41,052 nucleotides of DNA. It comes from an uncultured Gammaproteobacteria bacterium. GTDB taxonomy: Bacteria; Patescibacteriota; Microgenomatia; UBA12405. This document shows positions 9,506-18,031 of this stretch, piece after piece. The notes under the pieces are model-generated. The model did not search any database, was not told the origin of the DNA, and saw nothing but the letters and a program-made list of their open reading frames with translations. The number at the start of each line of letters is the position of its first letter. Within the stretch, counting starts at the first letter, position 1. Location of the stretch: the NCBI GenBank assembly GCA_964637525.1, contig CAZWUG010000002.1, positions 1-41,052 of the forward strand, read 5' to 3'. The position numbers were made by a program, and so were the translations under genes.

Positions 9506-10380
9506 TGGAATTTCATACTCCGGTACTTCTTAAAGAAACTGTAGAGGCTTTAACTGTACTACCAGACAAAACCTATATCGATGCCACTCTCGGACACGGC
9601 GGCCATACTATTGAAATATTAAAACTCGGAGGTGAAGTTTACGGTTTCGATCAGGATCCTAAAAATCTTGAAATTGCCACCAATAGAATTGCTAATCTTG
9701 GCTTATCCCAAAAATTTCACCCCATCCACGCCAATTTCAATCAAATCAAAATTATTTTTAATCAACAAATTAAAAACAAAGTTGATGGGCTACTGGCCGA
9801 TTTAGGGCTAAGCCAAAGTCAACAAACAGCCGAAAATAGGGGATTTTCATTTAACGATCCTTTATCTCTGGATATGCGTCTTGATCCTCAATCTCACAAC
9901 TTAACTGCCGAAATTATCATCAATACCTATTCTTTTGAAGATCTTTACCAAATTTTTACCAAATACAGTCAGGAACTTTATTCTAAACCACTCATTCTTA
10001 GAATTATTCGCGAAAGACAAAAAAGCCCAATCAAATCCGGAACAAGATTAGCTAATATTATTAAAGATTATTACCGGGAACATCATCTTAAGTCAAAAAT
10101 TAACCCTGCCACCAAAATTTTTATGAGTTTACGCATTGCTGTTAACGATGAATTTAAAAATTTGTCGGAGTTATTAAGCCAAAGTTTATCTATAATCAAA
10201 CCAAACGGGATTGCCGCTATTATTACTTTTCATTCCGGAGAAGATAGAATTGTCAAAAATTTTTGTTTAGAAAATAAAGATCAAATAATTCCGTCCAAAC
10301 CAATCAGACCAAGCTTTACTGAAACCAAACACAACCCACTATCTCGTTCAAGTATCCTCAGATTGTATAAAATAAGGTAA
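9505..10380 (+). CDS. rsmH: 16S rRNA (cytosine1402-N4)-methyltransferase RsmH (MraW)
   Basis: HTPVLLKETVEAL, YIDATLGHGGHT, DLGLSQSQ and FHSGEDRIVK motifs. It heads the dcw cluster. TAATG overlap with the upstream gene. Confidence 0.95.
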   Translation: MEFHTPVLLKETVEALTVLPDKTYIDATLGHGGHTIEILKLGGEVYGFDQDPKNLEIATNRIANLGLSQKFHPIHANFNQIKIIFNQQIKNKVDGLLADLGLSQSQQTAENRGFSFNDPLSLDMRLDPQSHNLTAEIIINTYSFEDLYQIFTKYSQELYSKPLILRIIRERQKSPIKSGTRLANIIKDYYREHHLKSKINPATKIFMSLRIAVNDEFKNLSELLSQSLSIIKPNGIAAIITFHSGEDRIVKNFCLENKDQIIPSKPIRPSFTETKHNPLSRSSILRLYKIR

Positions 10381-10634
10381 TGCCAAAATTTTTTATTATC
10401 ACTATTGCTGCTTGTTTAATTATCCAAATATTCTTTTCCTTTTTCTATTCCAGTCAAATTCTTACTCAAAACAATCAGCTCAACCAAAGTCAAACCGGTA
10501 TCGATCAGTTGACCTTAGAAATAGAAAGCCTTCAAAAACAAGCTGCAGATTTGTCATCAATTAGCCATCTCAATCTTAGCACTCCCTCGGCCTCCTTTAA
10601 ATTTATTAATAAATCGCTAACCATTAACCAATAA
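10380..10634 (+). CDS. FtsL-like small bitopic division protein (assigned by position and architecture)
   Basis: 84 aa with one N-terminal TM helix and then a Q/L-rich coiled-coil-like segment. It sits between rsmH and ftsI, with TAATG overlaps on both sides. Confidence 0.45.
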   Translation: MPKFFIITIAACLIIQIFFSFFYSSQILTQNNQLNQSQTGIDQLTLEIESLQKQAADLSSISHLNLSTPSASFKFINKSLTINQ

Positions 10635-12283
10635 TGTCTCGTTATCGAATTATTCTCACTAGTTTTTTAATTTGTTTTTTTATTATCACCTGCCGACTTT
10701 TTTATTGGCAAGTGATAAAAAGCTCTGAATATGGGCCAAAAGCCACCAATCAAACATATAAAATGAATATTAATAAAGCTACTCGGGGACAAATTTATTC
10801 CTCAGACGAATTTCCATTGGTCGTCAATCAAACCGATTACCTTATCTCTCTCTATAAACCCAACTTAAAAGACGAATTAGAATCAGTTTATCAGCAGATT
10901 GAACAAATTCACCCCAGGTTTATTCAACAAAACCAAATTATTCTAGATTCATTCAAAAACAATAATCAGCAAAAATGGATCGATCTAAATACCCTCTTCA
11001 GTCAAACTGAATCCAGTCAGCTTGCCCAAATTCCGGGAGTTAGTGTCAGTCAACTTAAATCACGTTATTACCCCGAAAACAATCTCGCCAAAAACATTCT
11101 CGGTTTCGTTGCCAAAGATTCTCAAGGCAACTACATCGGTTATGGCGGATTAGAAAGTTACTACAACAAACAATTGCAGGGTAAAACCGGTTTTTCCTGG
11201 GGCCCGCAAGATGGCACCGGAAAAACTATACTAACCAAAAAAAGCTGGCACATTCCAGCTTATGATGGAAATAATCTCTATACTTCAATTAATCGTGCCG
11301 TTCAATATTTAGTTGAACAAACCATTACTCAAGGAGTTGAAAAATATCAAGCCGATTCTGGTTCAGTCAGTGTTATGGAAAGCAGTACTGGCCGAATCAT
11401 TGCTATGGCCAGTGTTGCCGCTACCTCTTCTGCCACTCCCAGTGCTTCAAGAAACCCGGCCATTTCCGATTTATTTGAACCAGGATCAATTTTTAAACCA
11501 ATTATTATGACTATGGCACTAGATCAAAAATCAATTAACCCTGACTTTGTTTGTACCGACTGTTCCCACCCAAGAACCATAGGGGAGTACACCATTGGAA
11601 ATTGGGACAATTCCCTCAACCCGGATTCTACCCTAAAAGACATTATAAAAAATTCCGATAACATCGGAATGAGTTATATCATTACTCAATTAGGTTTAGA
11701 AAATTTCCTTAAATATTACAAGGAACTTGGTCTTAACCAAAAAACCGGAATCGATCTTCAGGGAGAATCGCGACCTATTCTCAAAACCTCTTGGCCGGAA
11801 ATAGATTTAGCCACAGCTTCTTTCGGTCAGGGAATTGTTGTCACTCAAATCAATATGCTTCAATCATTTAACACTATCGCCAATGATGGTCTGTTAGTCC
11901 AGCCAACTGTAGTTGATTACTACACTAATTATTTAAATAATAAATTAATTCCCAAAAAGATCCCGGCCCAACAAGTTTTTTCTCAAAATTCAATTAACGA
12001 AATTAAACAAATCCTCAAATATGCCGTCGAAAATGGAGTTGTCAACCAATTTAGACCCAAAGACCTTGAAGTTTGTGCCAAAAGCGGTACCGCTCAAGTA
12101 GCTGTCAAAGGATCTTACACTGATTCTTCTACTATTGCCTCATATATCGGATTTACTCCATGTAACCATCCAAAATTTACTATGATAGTAACTATAAATA
12201 ATCCCCGGTCATCACCTTGGGGATCAAGCACTGCCGCTCCTGTTTGGTATGAGCTAGCTTCAAAGATTACACGTTTGTTATAA
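10634..12283 (+). CDS. ftsI: Penicillin-binding protein 2/3 family transpeptidase (FtsI-like)
   Basis: N-terminal TM anchor and dimerisation domain, plus transpeptidase motifs SxxK (GSIFKP), SxN (NSDNIG) and KSG (AKSGTAQ). Confidence 0.9.
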   Translation: MSRYRIILTSFLICFFIITCRLFYWQVIKSSEYGPKATNQTYKMNINKATRGQIYSSDEFPLVVNQTDYLISLYKPNLKDELESVYQQIEQIHPRFIQQNQIILDSFKNNNQQKWIDLNTLFSQTESSQLAQIPGVSVSQLKSRYYPENNLAKNILGFVAKDSQGNYIGYGGLESYYNKQLQGKTGFSWGPQDGTGKTILTKKSWHIPAYDGNNLYTSINRAVQYLVEQTITQGVEKYQADSGSVSVMESSTGRIIAMASVAATSSATPSASRNPAISDLFEPGSIFKPIIMTMALDQKSINPDFVCTDCSHPRTIGEYTIGNWDNSLNPDSTLKDIIKNSDNIGMSYIITQLGLENFLKYYKELGLNQKTGIDLQGESRPILKTSWPEIDLATASFGQGIVVTQINMLQSFNTIANDGLLVQPTVVDYYTNYLNNKLIPKKIPAQQVFSQNSINEIKQILKYAVENGVVNQFRPKDLEVCAKSGTAQVAVKGSYTDSSTIASYIGFTPCNHPKFTMIVTINNPRSSPWGSSTAAPVWYELASKITRLL

Positions 12284-12298
12284 TAAATAACCTTTTAA

Positions 12299-13585
12299 AT
12301 GCTCCAAAAACTTAAAAACATCCTCATTCACTTCCCCAAGGCTATTTTCTACCAATACCTATATGGTCAACCATCAAAAAAGTTAACTTTGATAGGCGTT
12401 ACCGGAACAGACGGTAAAACCAGCACCTCCAATTTAATTTATGAGATTTTATTAAAATCAGGGATCAAAGCCGGAGTCATCACCACTATCAATGCCAAAT
12501 ATGGAGACAAAGAAATTGATACCGGGCTACATTTAACCAGTCCCGACCCATCTTTAGTCCAAAAAATACTCAAAGAAATGTTAGATAACGAAGTTACTCA
12601 TGTTGTTTGTGAAGTTACCGCCCATGCTCTTGATCAATATCGTTTTTACGGTTGTTATTTTCAAATAGCCTTGATCACCAATACCTCACACGAACATTTG
12701 GACTATTTCCATAATATGGATAATTATATTAAAACTAAAGGGAAAATATTTGATCAAGCCAAAATAGCCATTTTAAACAAAGACGATCAATCATTTAAAT
12801 ATCTCTCTCAAAAAATGCCTAAATTTATATCATATAGTATCAAAAATAAATCCGATTTTCAGGCAAAAAATATAAAAATAACCCCGGATGAAATGAAATT
12901 TTCAGTCAATCATCTCAATATTATCACCGATACCATTTTTCGTTATCAAATATACAACATCCTGTCCGCTTTAAGCGTAATTTCCCAACTAAAAATTGAC
13001 CCAAAATATTTAATTGAAACTGTCAAAGAATTCCCTTTAATTAAAGGCCGCCGCGAAGAAGTTCAAAATAATTTTGATATAAAAGCTATTATCGATTTTG
13101 CTCATACTCCCAACGCTATCAAAAACACTCTCTCGTCACTTAAAGAAATTAAAAAAGCTAAAATTATTGCTATTTTTGGTGCCACTGGTGGTCGTGATCC
13201 CAGCAAACGCCCGGAGATGGGTTTAGTTACTTCTCAATTAGCTGATATTGCTATCATTACTTCCGACGACACTAGAAACGAAAAAGTAGCAGATATTAAT
13301 AAACAAATAATTAGCGGTATCCCTTCAAATAGTATTTTTATTGAAACAGATAATTTAACCCAAATCAAAAAAATTATTAAAAACAATTCTGATAAATTTA
13401 TTTATTTCAATATCCCTAACCGCCAGGATGCTTTTAATTTAGCTATTAAACTGGCCCAGGCCAAAGATATTGTCATCGCTATGGGCAAAGGTCATGAAAC
13501 CAGCATCCTCCATGGTAACACTGAGTATCCCTGGTCAGAAAGCCAGGCCTTCCGCTTAGCCTTTAATTTAAAAAACAAATCTTAA
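12299..13585 (+). CDS. murE: MurE-like Mur ligase (UDP-MurNAc-L-Ala-D-Glu:diamino acid ligase family) lacking the usual N-terminal domain
   Basis: P-loop GVTGTDGKTS, CEVTAHALDQYRF, TSHEHLDYFHNMDNYIKTKGKIF and ITSDDTRNE (the position of the MurE DNPR motif). The P-loop starts at about aa 34, whereas typical MurE has about 100 preceding residues. In-frame stops directly upstream (taataa at 12284-12289, taa at 12296-12298) exclude a longer ORF. Confidence 0.8.
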   Translation: MLQKLKNILIHFPKAIFYQYLYGQPSKKLTLIGVTGTDGKTSTSNLIYEILLKSGIKAGVITTINAKYGDKEIDTGLHLTSPDPSLVQKILKEMLDNEVTHVVCEVTAHALDQYRFYGCYFQIALITNTSHEHLDYFHNMDNYIKTKGKIFDQAKIAILNKDDQSFKYLSQKMPKFISYSIKNKSDFQAKNIKITPDEMKFSVNHLNIITDTIFRYQIYNILSALSVISQLKIDPKYLIETVKEFPLIKGRREEVQNNFDIKAIIDFAHTPNAIKNTLSSLKEIKKAKIIAIFGATGGRDPSKRPEMGLVTSQLADIAIITSDDTRNEKVADINKQIISGIPSNSIFIETDNLTQIKKIIKNNSDKFIYFNIPNRQDAFNLAIKLAQAKDIVIAMGKGHETSILHGNTEYPWSESQAFRLAFNLKNKS

Positions 13586-13587
13586 GT

Positions 13588-14184
13588 ATGCTTTCATTCA
13601 ATCTTAAACCCAAGGGGACTATTGAAGCAAATTACCATAATGGTTTGCTCCCCCAAAGAAATAAGCCTCAATTTTGGTATCAAGACACCAGTAGCCGATC
13701 TAACTTAAGCAATTTTCAATTAAGTTCAGAAAACCGGCGCATTTTAAATAAAACTCAAGAATTTACCTATGAAATAATCACTCTAACCAATTTCTCTTTC
13801 ACTCCAAAAACTCAAAAACAAATTTTTTCTTGGCTAAAAGAGCTTAACTGGGACTTCCCGATAAGTTCAGTCAAATCAATTTTTACCAACCATATTTTTA
13901 ATTATCTTTATATCTGGAAAGATTCATTTGGAGAAGTTATTGCTTACTCAATTTGTTATTTTTCCAGCTCCATTAGTCATATAGCTTACGTTTTTTACCA
14001 ACCGGAATACAGCCACGGCAACTTACCCATTCGCTTAGTTCTCCAAACTGTCATCGACAGCCATGATAAGGGTTTAAGTTATTGCTATTTAGGCCGTTTT
14101 TCTTCAGACACCGGTTTCTACAAACGCAACATGCCCGGTTTCGAATATTTTAAAGTTAACAAATGGATCAAATATGAAAAATAA
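13588..14184 (+). CDS. Bpt/ATE-like aminoacyl-tRNA--protein transferase-fold protein (ATE_C-like)
   Basis: GEVIAYSICYFSSSISHIAYVFYQPEYSHGNLPIRLVLQTVIDSHDKGLSYCYLGRFSSDTGFYKRNMPGFEYFKVNKW aligns by eye to the C-terminal domain of bacterial Bpt / arginyltransferase (...SAIYTFYDP...SLG...YLYLGY...KMSYK..., from memory). The Cys-rich ATE_N part is absent. It starts 2 nt after the murE-like stop. Confidence 0.6.
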   Translation: MLSFNLKPKGTIEANYHNGLLPQRNKPQFWYQDTSSRSNLSNFQLSSENRRILNKTQEFTYEIITLTNFSFTPKTQKQIFSWLKELNWDFPISSVKSIFTNHIFNYLYIWKDSFGEVIAYSICYFSSSISHIAYVFYQPEYSHGNLPIRLVLQTVIDSHDKGLSYCYLGRFSSDTGFYKRNMPGFEYFKVNKWIKYEK

Positions 14185-14190
14185 TTTTGC

Positions 14191-14213
14191 TATTTACTAC
14201 TTACTAATAGCTA
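14191..14213 (+). repeat. 23-nt AT-rich intergenic motif, copy A (TATTTACTACTTACTAATAGCTA)
   Basis: Matches 15619-15641 at 21 of 23 positions. It is followed by the perfect 14-nt palindrome TAGCTAATTAGCTA (14208-14221), which ends 3 nt before the ATG at 14225. Confidence 0.7.
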
Positions 14214-14224
14214 ATTAGCTAAAC

Positions 14225-15601
14225 ATGCATATTCACATTCTTGGCATTGCCGGCACTATGACCTCTCAGTTGGCTGTTGAGTTAAAAAAACAAGGGAATT
14301 TCATTTCCGGATCTGATCAAGAAAAGATATTTCCACCCATTAGTACTATTCTCAAAAAAAACCACATTCCTACAAACAAAGTTGAAATTAGTTCCCAAAT
14401 AAACCTGGCTATCATTGGGTCTTCATACCATCTTTTTAAAAACACTCAAAATGAATTTAACCAAATTAAAAAGCTTAAAATACCCTATATTTCTGCCACT
14501 GAATATGTCAGCCAAAATATCGCCAAGAAAAATTCTATCATAATTGCCGGAAGTTTCGGTAAAACTACTATAACTAGCCTCACTTCCTGGATTCTGTCTC
14601 ACACCAATTTGCAACCAAGTTACATGTTTGGCGGTATTCCTAAAAATAAATTTACCCCCCTTAAGATAAATTCATCTGACTGGTCAATCATAGAAGGTGA
14701 CGAATCTATTCACGGACTAGATAAAAAAGCTAAATTTCTTTATTATCCGGTTAAATACCTTTTGGTTACCGCCGCCGACTGGGAACACAAAGATTCATAT
14801 TCTAGTCAAAATCTCAATTTCAATGCCTTCAAAAATCTGGTCACAAAATTACCTTCAGATGGGTTTTTAATCATTAATCAACAAAAAAACAGCGCTGTTA
14901 AACTCCAACAATACTCATCGGCAAAAGTCATCACCTACAACACCCCCCAATCAAATTATTTTCTAGAAAAAACTATTCGTCACCAAAATTACACTACTCT
15001 CATCATTCATACCCCTAATGGTCTGATAAAACTCAATACTACCCTTATCGGCCAATTTAATTTTGAAAATATTTTAGCCTCAGTCTGTATTTGTGACAGT
15101 TTAGGAATTAACCCACACCTTATTTCTAAATCAGTCTTCTCCTATCGAGGTGTTCGCGGCCGTCTTGAATTAATCACCTCTCTTAAAAATGTTCTTTTTT
15201 TTGAAGATTTCGCCCAATCAAAAGATAGGATATCATCCACCATTAATTCCTTAAAAAATCACTTTCCCAATCATCGGATTAAAATTCTTTTCCAACCACA
15301 CGCTTCTTTTAGCCAATACAAAAGTAGCCTTTGCCAACTTCAAACTGCCTTTGACCAAGCCGACGAAGTGGTTCTAACCCAACTTAAATTTAACCCCAAT
15401 ATAAATAAAAAAAATAGGATTACTGCCAAAGATTTCCGAAACTGCCTTGGACAAAAATTAGTTTATCTTCCTCTAAAACGACAGATTTTAGAGTATTATA
15501 AAAAGAGTTTAATGCCAAATGATATTTTAATTTACATGAGTTCAGGGGGACTTGAAGGCAAACGTATTTTCAAGTCAATCATTAAATCTTTCAAAAAATA
15601 A
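14225..15601 (+). CDS. Mur ligase, Mpl/MurC-like (UDP-N-acetylmuramate:peptide or L-alanine ligase)
   Basis: N-terminus HIHILGIAGTMTSQLAVELKKQGNFISGSDQEKIFPPIS resembles Mpl (HILGICGTFMGG...GSD..YPPMS) more than MurC (GIGGIGMS). P-loop AGSFGKTT. Central and C-terminal Mur ligase domains are present. Confidence 0.75.
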   Translation: MHIHILGIAGTMTSQLAVELKKQGNFISGSDQEKIFPPISTILKKNHIPTNKVEISSQINLAIIGSSYHLFKNTQNEFNQIKKLKIPYISATEYVSQNIAKKNSIIIAGSFGKTTITSLTSWILSHTNLQPSYMFGGIPKNKFTPLKINSSDWSIIEGDESIHGLDKKAKFLYYPVKYLLVTAADWEHKDSYSSQNLNFNAFKNLVTKLPSDGFLIINQQKNSAVKLQQYSSAKVITYNTPQSNYFLEKTIRHQNYTTLIIHTPNGLIKLNTTLIGQFNFENILASVCICDSLGINPHLISKSVFSYRGVRGRLELITSLKNVLFFEDFAQSKDRISSTINSLKNHFPNHRIKILFQPHASFSQYKSSLCQLQTAFDQADEVVLTQLKFNPNINKKNRITAKDFRNCLGQKLVYLPLKRQILEYYKKSLMPNDILIYMSSGGLEGKRIFKSIIKSFKK

Positions 15602-15618
15602 TTAATATGTTCCTCTCT

Positions 15619-15662
15619 TATTTACTAATTACTACTAGCTACTTGCTAATAGCTATTTACTA
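15619..15662 (+). repeat. AT-rich intergenic motif, copy B (23-nt copy 15619-15641) plus a partial second copy (GCTAATAGCTA 15645-15655, TATTTACTA 15654-15662)
   Basis: TATTTACTAATTACTACTAGCTA has 2 mismatches against copy A at 14191-14213. It lies in the only other spacer of the mur operon, directly upstream of murA. Confidence 0.7.
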
Positions 15663-15666
15663 ATTT

Positions 15667-16995
15667 ATGTCTAGGTATATCATTAATGGCGGCAAAGAAT
15701 TACATGGTGAAGTTTCCATTCGTGGAGCCAAAAACGCCAGTTATAAACAAATCATTGCTTCAATTCTCAGCGATCAACCAACCGAACTTAGTAACATCCC
15801 AACCATATCGGATGTAAAAATTACTGAAAGTATTGCCAAAAGTCTCGGGGCTAACATCAAATATTGTGGCCAACATTGTCTCAATATCTCTACTCCAAAA
15901 ATTACCAAATCAATAGTTCCCATAGGTACCGGAGAGAAATCACGAACCTCTTTCATGTTTGCCGCACCCCTACTAGCCCGCACCGGCACTGCTATTGTTC
16001 CTATTCCCGGTGGGGATAAACTTGGAGCCCGACCTCTTGATCGTCTTTTCGATTGTTTTTCTCAAATGGGAATTACCACTGAACTTAATGATAGAACTAT
16101 AACTTTCAATACCGACAAAATAAAACCTGTTAATTACACTTTCAATAAACCAAGTCACACTGTTACCGAAACTATTATTATGACTGCCGTTTTTGCTGAT
16201 GGCCAAACTATCCTTAATAATACCGCCTGCGAACCGGAAGTTGACGATCTCATCTCTATGCTAAATAGTATGGGGGCCAATATTCGTCGGGACAATTCCA
16301 ACCCCCAAAAAATCATTATCGATGGCGTTAAGAGCCTTTCTGGTACCAAACACCGAATAATTTCTGATCGAAATGAAGTCGTTACTTTTGCCTGTGCTGC
16401 TTTAACTACCAAAGGTTCAGTTAATATCCTTCATTGTAACCCTGAAATAGTCAAAACATTTATTGAAACCATCGATAAAATGGGTGCAAAAACAATTGTC
16501 GGCAATGATGAACTGAGTGTTTCTTGGGTCAAACCCCTTAAAAATATTGATATTGAAACTGGACCGGAACCTGGTTTTATGACTGATTGGCAAGCTGTTT
16601 TTAGTGTCCTTTTAACTCAAACTGTTGGGCCTAGTTCTATCATTGAACGAGTTTACCCTTCTCGTTTTCAACATATCGAAAATCTCAAAAAAATGGGCGT
16701 CAGGGTGGCTTTTTTTAATCCCCAAATAGATAATCCTCACACTTATTATGAATTCAATTGCGATAGCGACAAACAGGAATATTTTCATGGCGTAAAAATC
16801 TATGGGCCAACCCAGCTAAAACCATCTAATTTTACCGTTAACGATCTTCGGGCCGGGGCTTCAACAGTCTTAGCCGCCCTAACTGCCAATGGTATTTCAA
16901 CTATTGACGGTGTTGAATATATCGAAAGGGGATATGAAAAATTGGGTGAAAGATTATCCGCTTTGGGTGCTAACATAGAATATATAAAAACATAA
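15667..16995 (+). CDS. murA: UDP-N-acetylglucosamine 1-carboxyvinyltransferase MurA (Asp in place of the catalytic-loop Cys)
   Basis: IRGAKNA, PGGDKLGARPLDRL, MTDWQ and NDLRAGAS motifs, 442 aa. Codon GAT 16015-16017 occupies the position of E. coli Cys115. Confidence 0.95.
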   Translation: MSRYIINGGKELHGEVSIRGAKNASYKQIIASILSDQPTELSNIPTISDVKITESIAKSLGANIKYCGQHCLNISTPKITKSIVPIGTGEKSRTSFMFAAPLLARTGTAIVPIPGGDKLGARPLDRLFDCFSQMGITTELNDRTITFNTDKIKPVNYTFNKPSHTVTETIIMTAVFADGQTILNNTACEPEVDDLISMLNSMGANIRRDNSNPQKIIIDGVKSLSGTKHRIISDRNEVVTFACAALTTKGSVNILHCNPEIVKTFIETIDKMGAKTIVGNDELSVSWVKPLKNIDIETGPEPGFMTDWQAVFSVLLTQTVGPSSIIERVYPSRFQHIENLKKMGVRVAFFNPQIDNPHTYYEFNCDSDKQEYFHGVKIYGPTQLKPSNFTVNDLRAGASTVLAALTANGISTIDGVEYIERGYEKLGERLSALGANIEYIKT

Positions 16996-16996
16996 T

Positions 16997-18031
16997 ATGA
17001 TTCACTTATACTTAGGGCTTTTACTTTTTTCTTTTTTAGTCACCAGCCTTCTGGTCGTTCCTTTTATCAACCTTCTTTATAAACTTAAATTCCAACGGCA
17101 ACTTCAAAAAACCACTGATTTTCAAAATAAACGAACTCCTATCTTCGACAAATTTCACAACCCAAAAGTGGGAACTCCTGTTGGAGGTGGACTGCTTATC
17201 ATTATTTCAGTCTGTATCCTCTTTCTTATTCTTTTCCCCATTATTAAATTTTCTAAAATCTTTATTTCCGCCAATTATCAGATAGTCCACGAACTATCAA
17301 TTATCTTTTTTACATTTATAAGTTTTGGCTTATTAGGTTTATATGATGATATTTACAAATTTTTTGGCTTCAAACAAACCGGTTTTTTTGGTCTTAAAAT
17401 GACCCATAAACTAATTCTTCAAATCATCCTTGCCGGAATTACCTCTTTTTTAATTTACACCCAATTAAAAATTGATTTTATCTATATTCCTTTTCTGGGA
17501 GCTATCCACCTGGGTTGGTTGTTTATTCCCATAGCCACTTTAATTATTGCCGGATTTGCCAATTTCTTTAACATTACCGACGGACTTGACGGATTGTCCG
17601 GAGGTCTTTTAATGATTGCTCTTTTTGCTTTTTGGTTTCTTTCAAACACTTCACTCGACACTCCCATCTCTATTTTCCTTTCACTTTGGATTGGAGCCTT
17701 AATCGCATTTCTTTATTTCAATATCCATCCTGCTCGTATCATCATGGGCGATGTCGGAGCCCTTTCTTTTGGAGCTACATTTGCTGTTATAGCTCTAATG
17801 TTGGGTAAAATAGTCCCATTTATTATCGTTGGCTCACCCTTTATAGTTGAAGGTTTAAGTAGTGCCATTCAGATAATTAGTAAAAAATACTTTCATAAAA
17901 AAGTTTTTCCCGCAGCTCCGCTTCATCTAACCTTACAAAATATTGGTTGGGAAGAACCAAAAATTGTTGCCCGGGCCTGGTTAGCCGGTATTATTTTAGC
18001 TATTTTCGGATTATGGCTGGGACTAAACTAA
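16997..18031 (+). CDS. mraY: Phospho-N-acetylmuramoyl-pentapeptide transferase MraY
   Basis: Polytopic membrane protein with GLLGLYDD, NFFNITDGLDGLSGG and MGDVGALSFGA motifs. Confidence 0.95.
   Translation: MIHLYLGLLLFSFLVTSLLVVPFINLLYKLKFQRQLQKTTDFQNKRTPIFDKFHNPKVGTPVGGGLLIIISVCILFLILFPIIKFSKIFISANYQIVHELSIIFFTFISFGLLGLYDDIYKFFGFKQTGFFGLKMTHKLILQIILAGITSFLIYTQLKIDFIYIPFLGAIHLGWLFIPIATLIIAGFANFFNITDGLDGLSGGLLMIALFAFWFLSNTSLDTPISIFLSLWIGALIAFLYFNIHPARIIMGDVGALSFGATFAVIALMLGKIVPFIIVGSPFIVEGLSSAIQIISKKYFHKKVFPAAPLHLTLQNIGWEEPKIVARAWLAGIILAIFGLWLGLN

Noticed and set aside
17947-18012. TTG-initiated 5' extension of the NlpC/P60-like ORF given in the track
   Set aside because: It lies inside the conserved 3' end of mraY and encodes an unconvincing peptide (MGRTKNCCPGLVSRYYFSYFRI). 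ATG 18013 gives a sensible N-terminus with only a 19-nt overlap.
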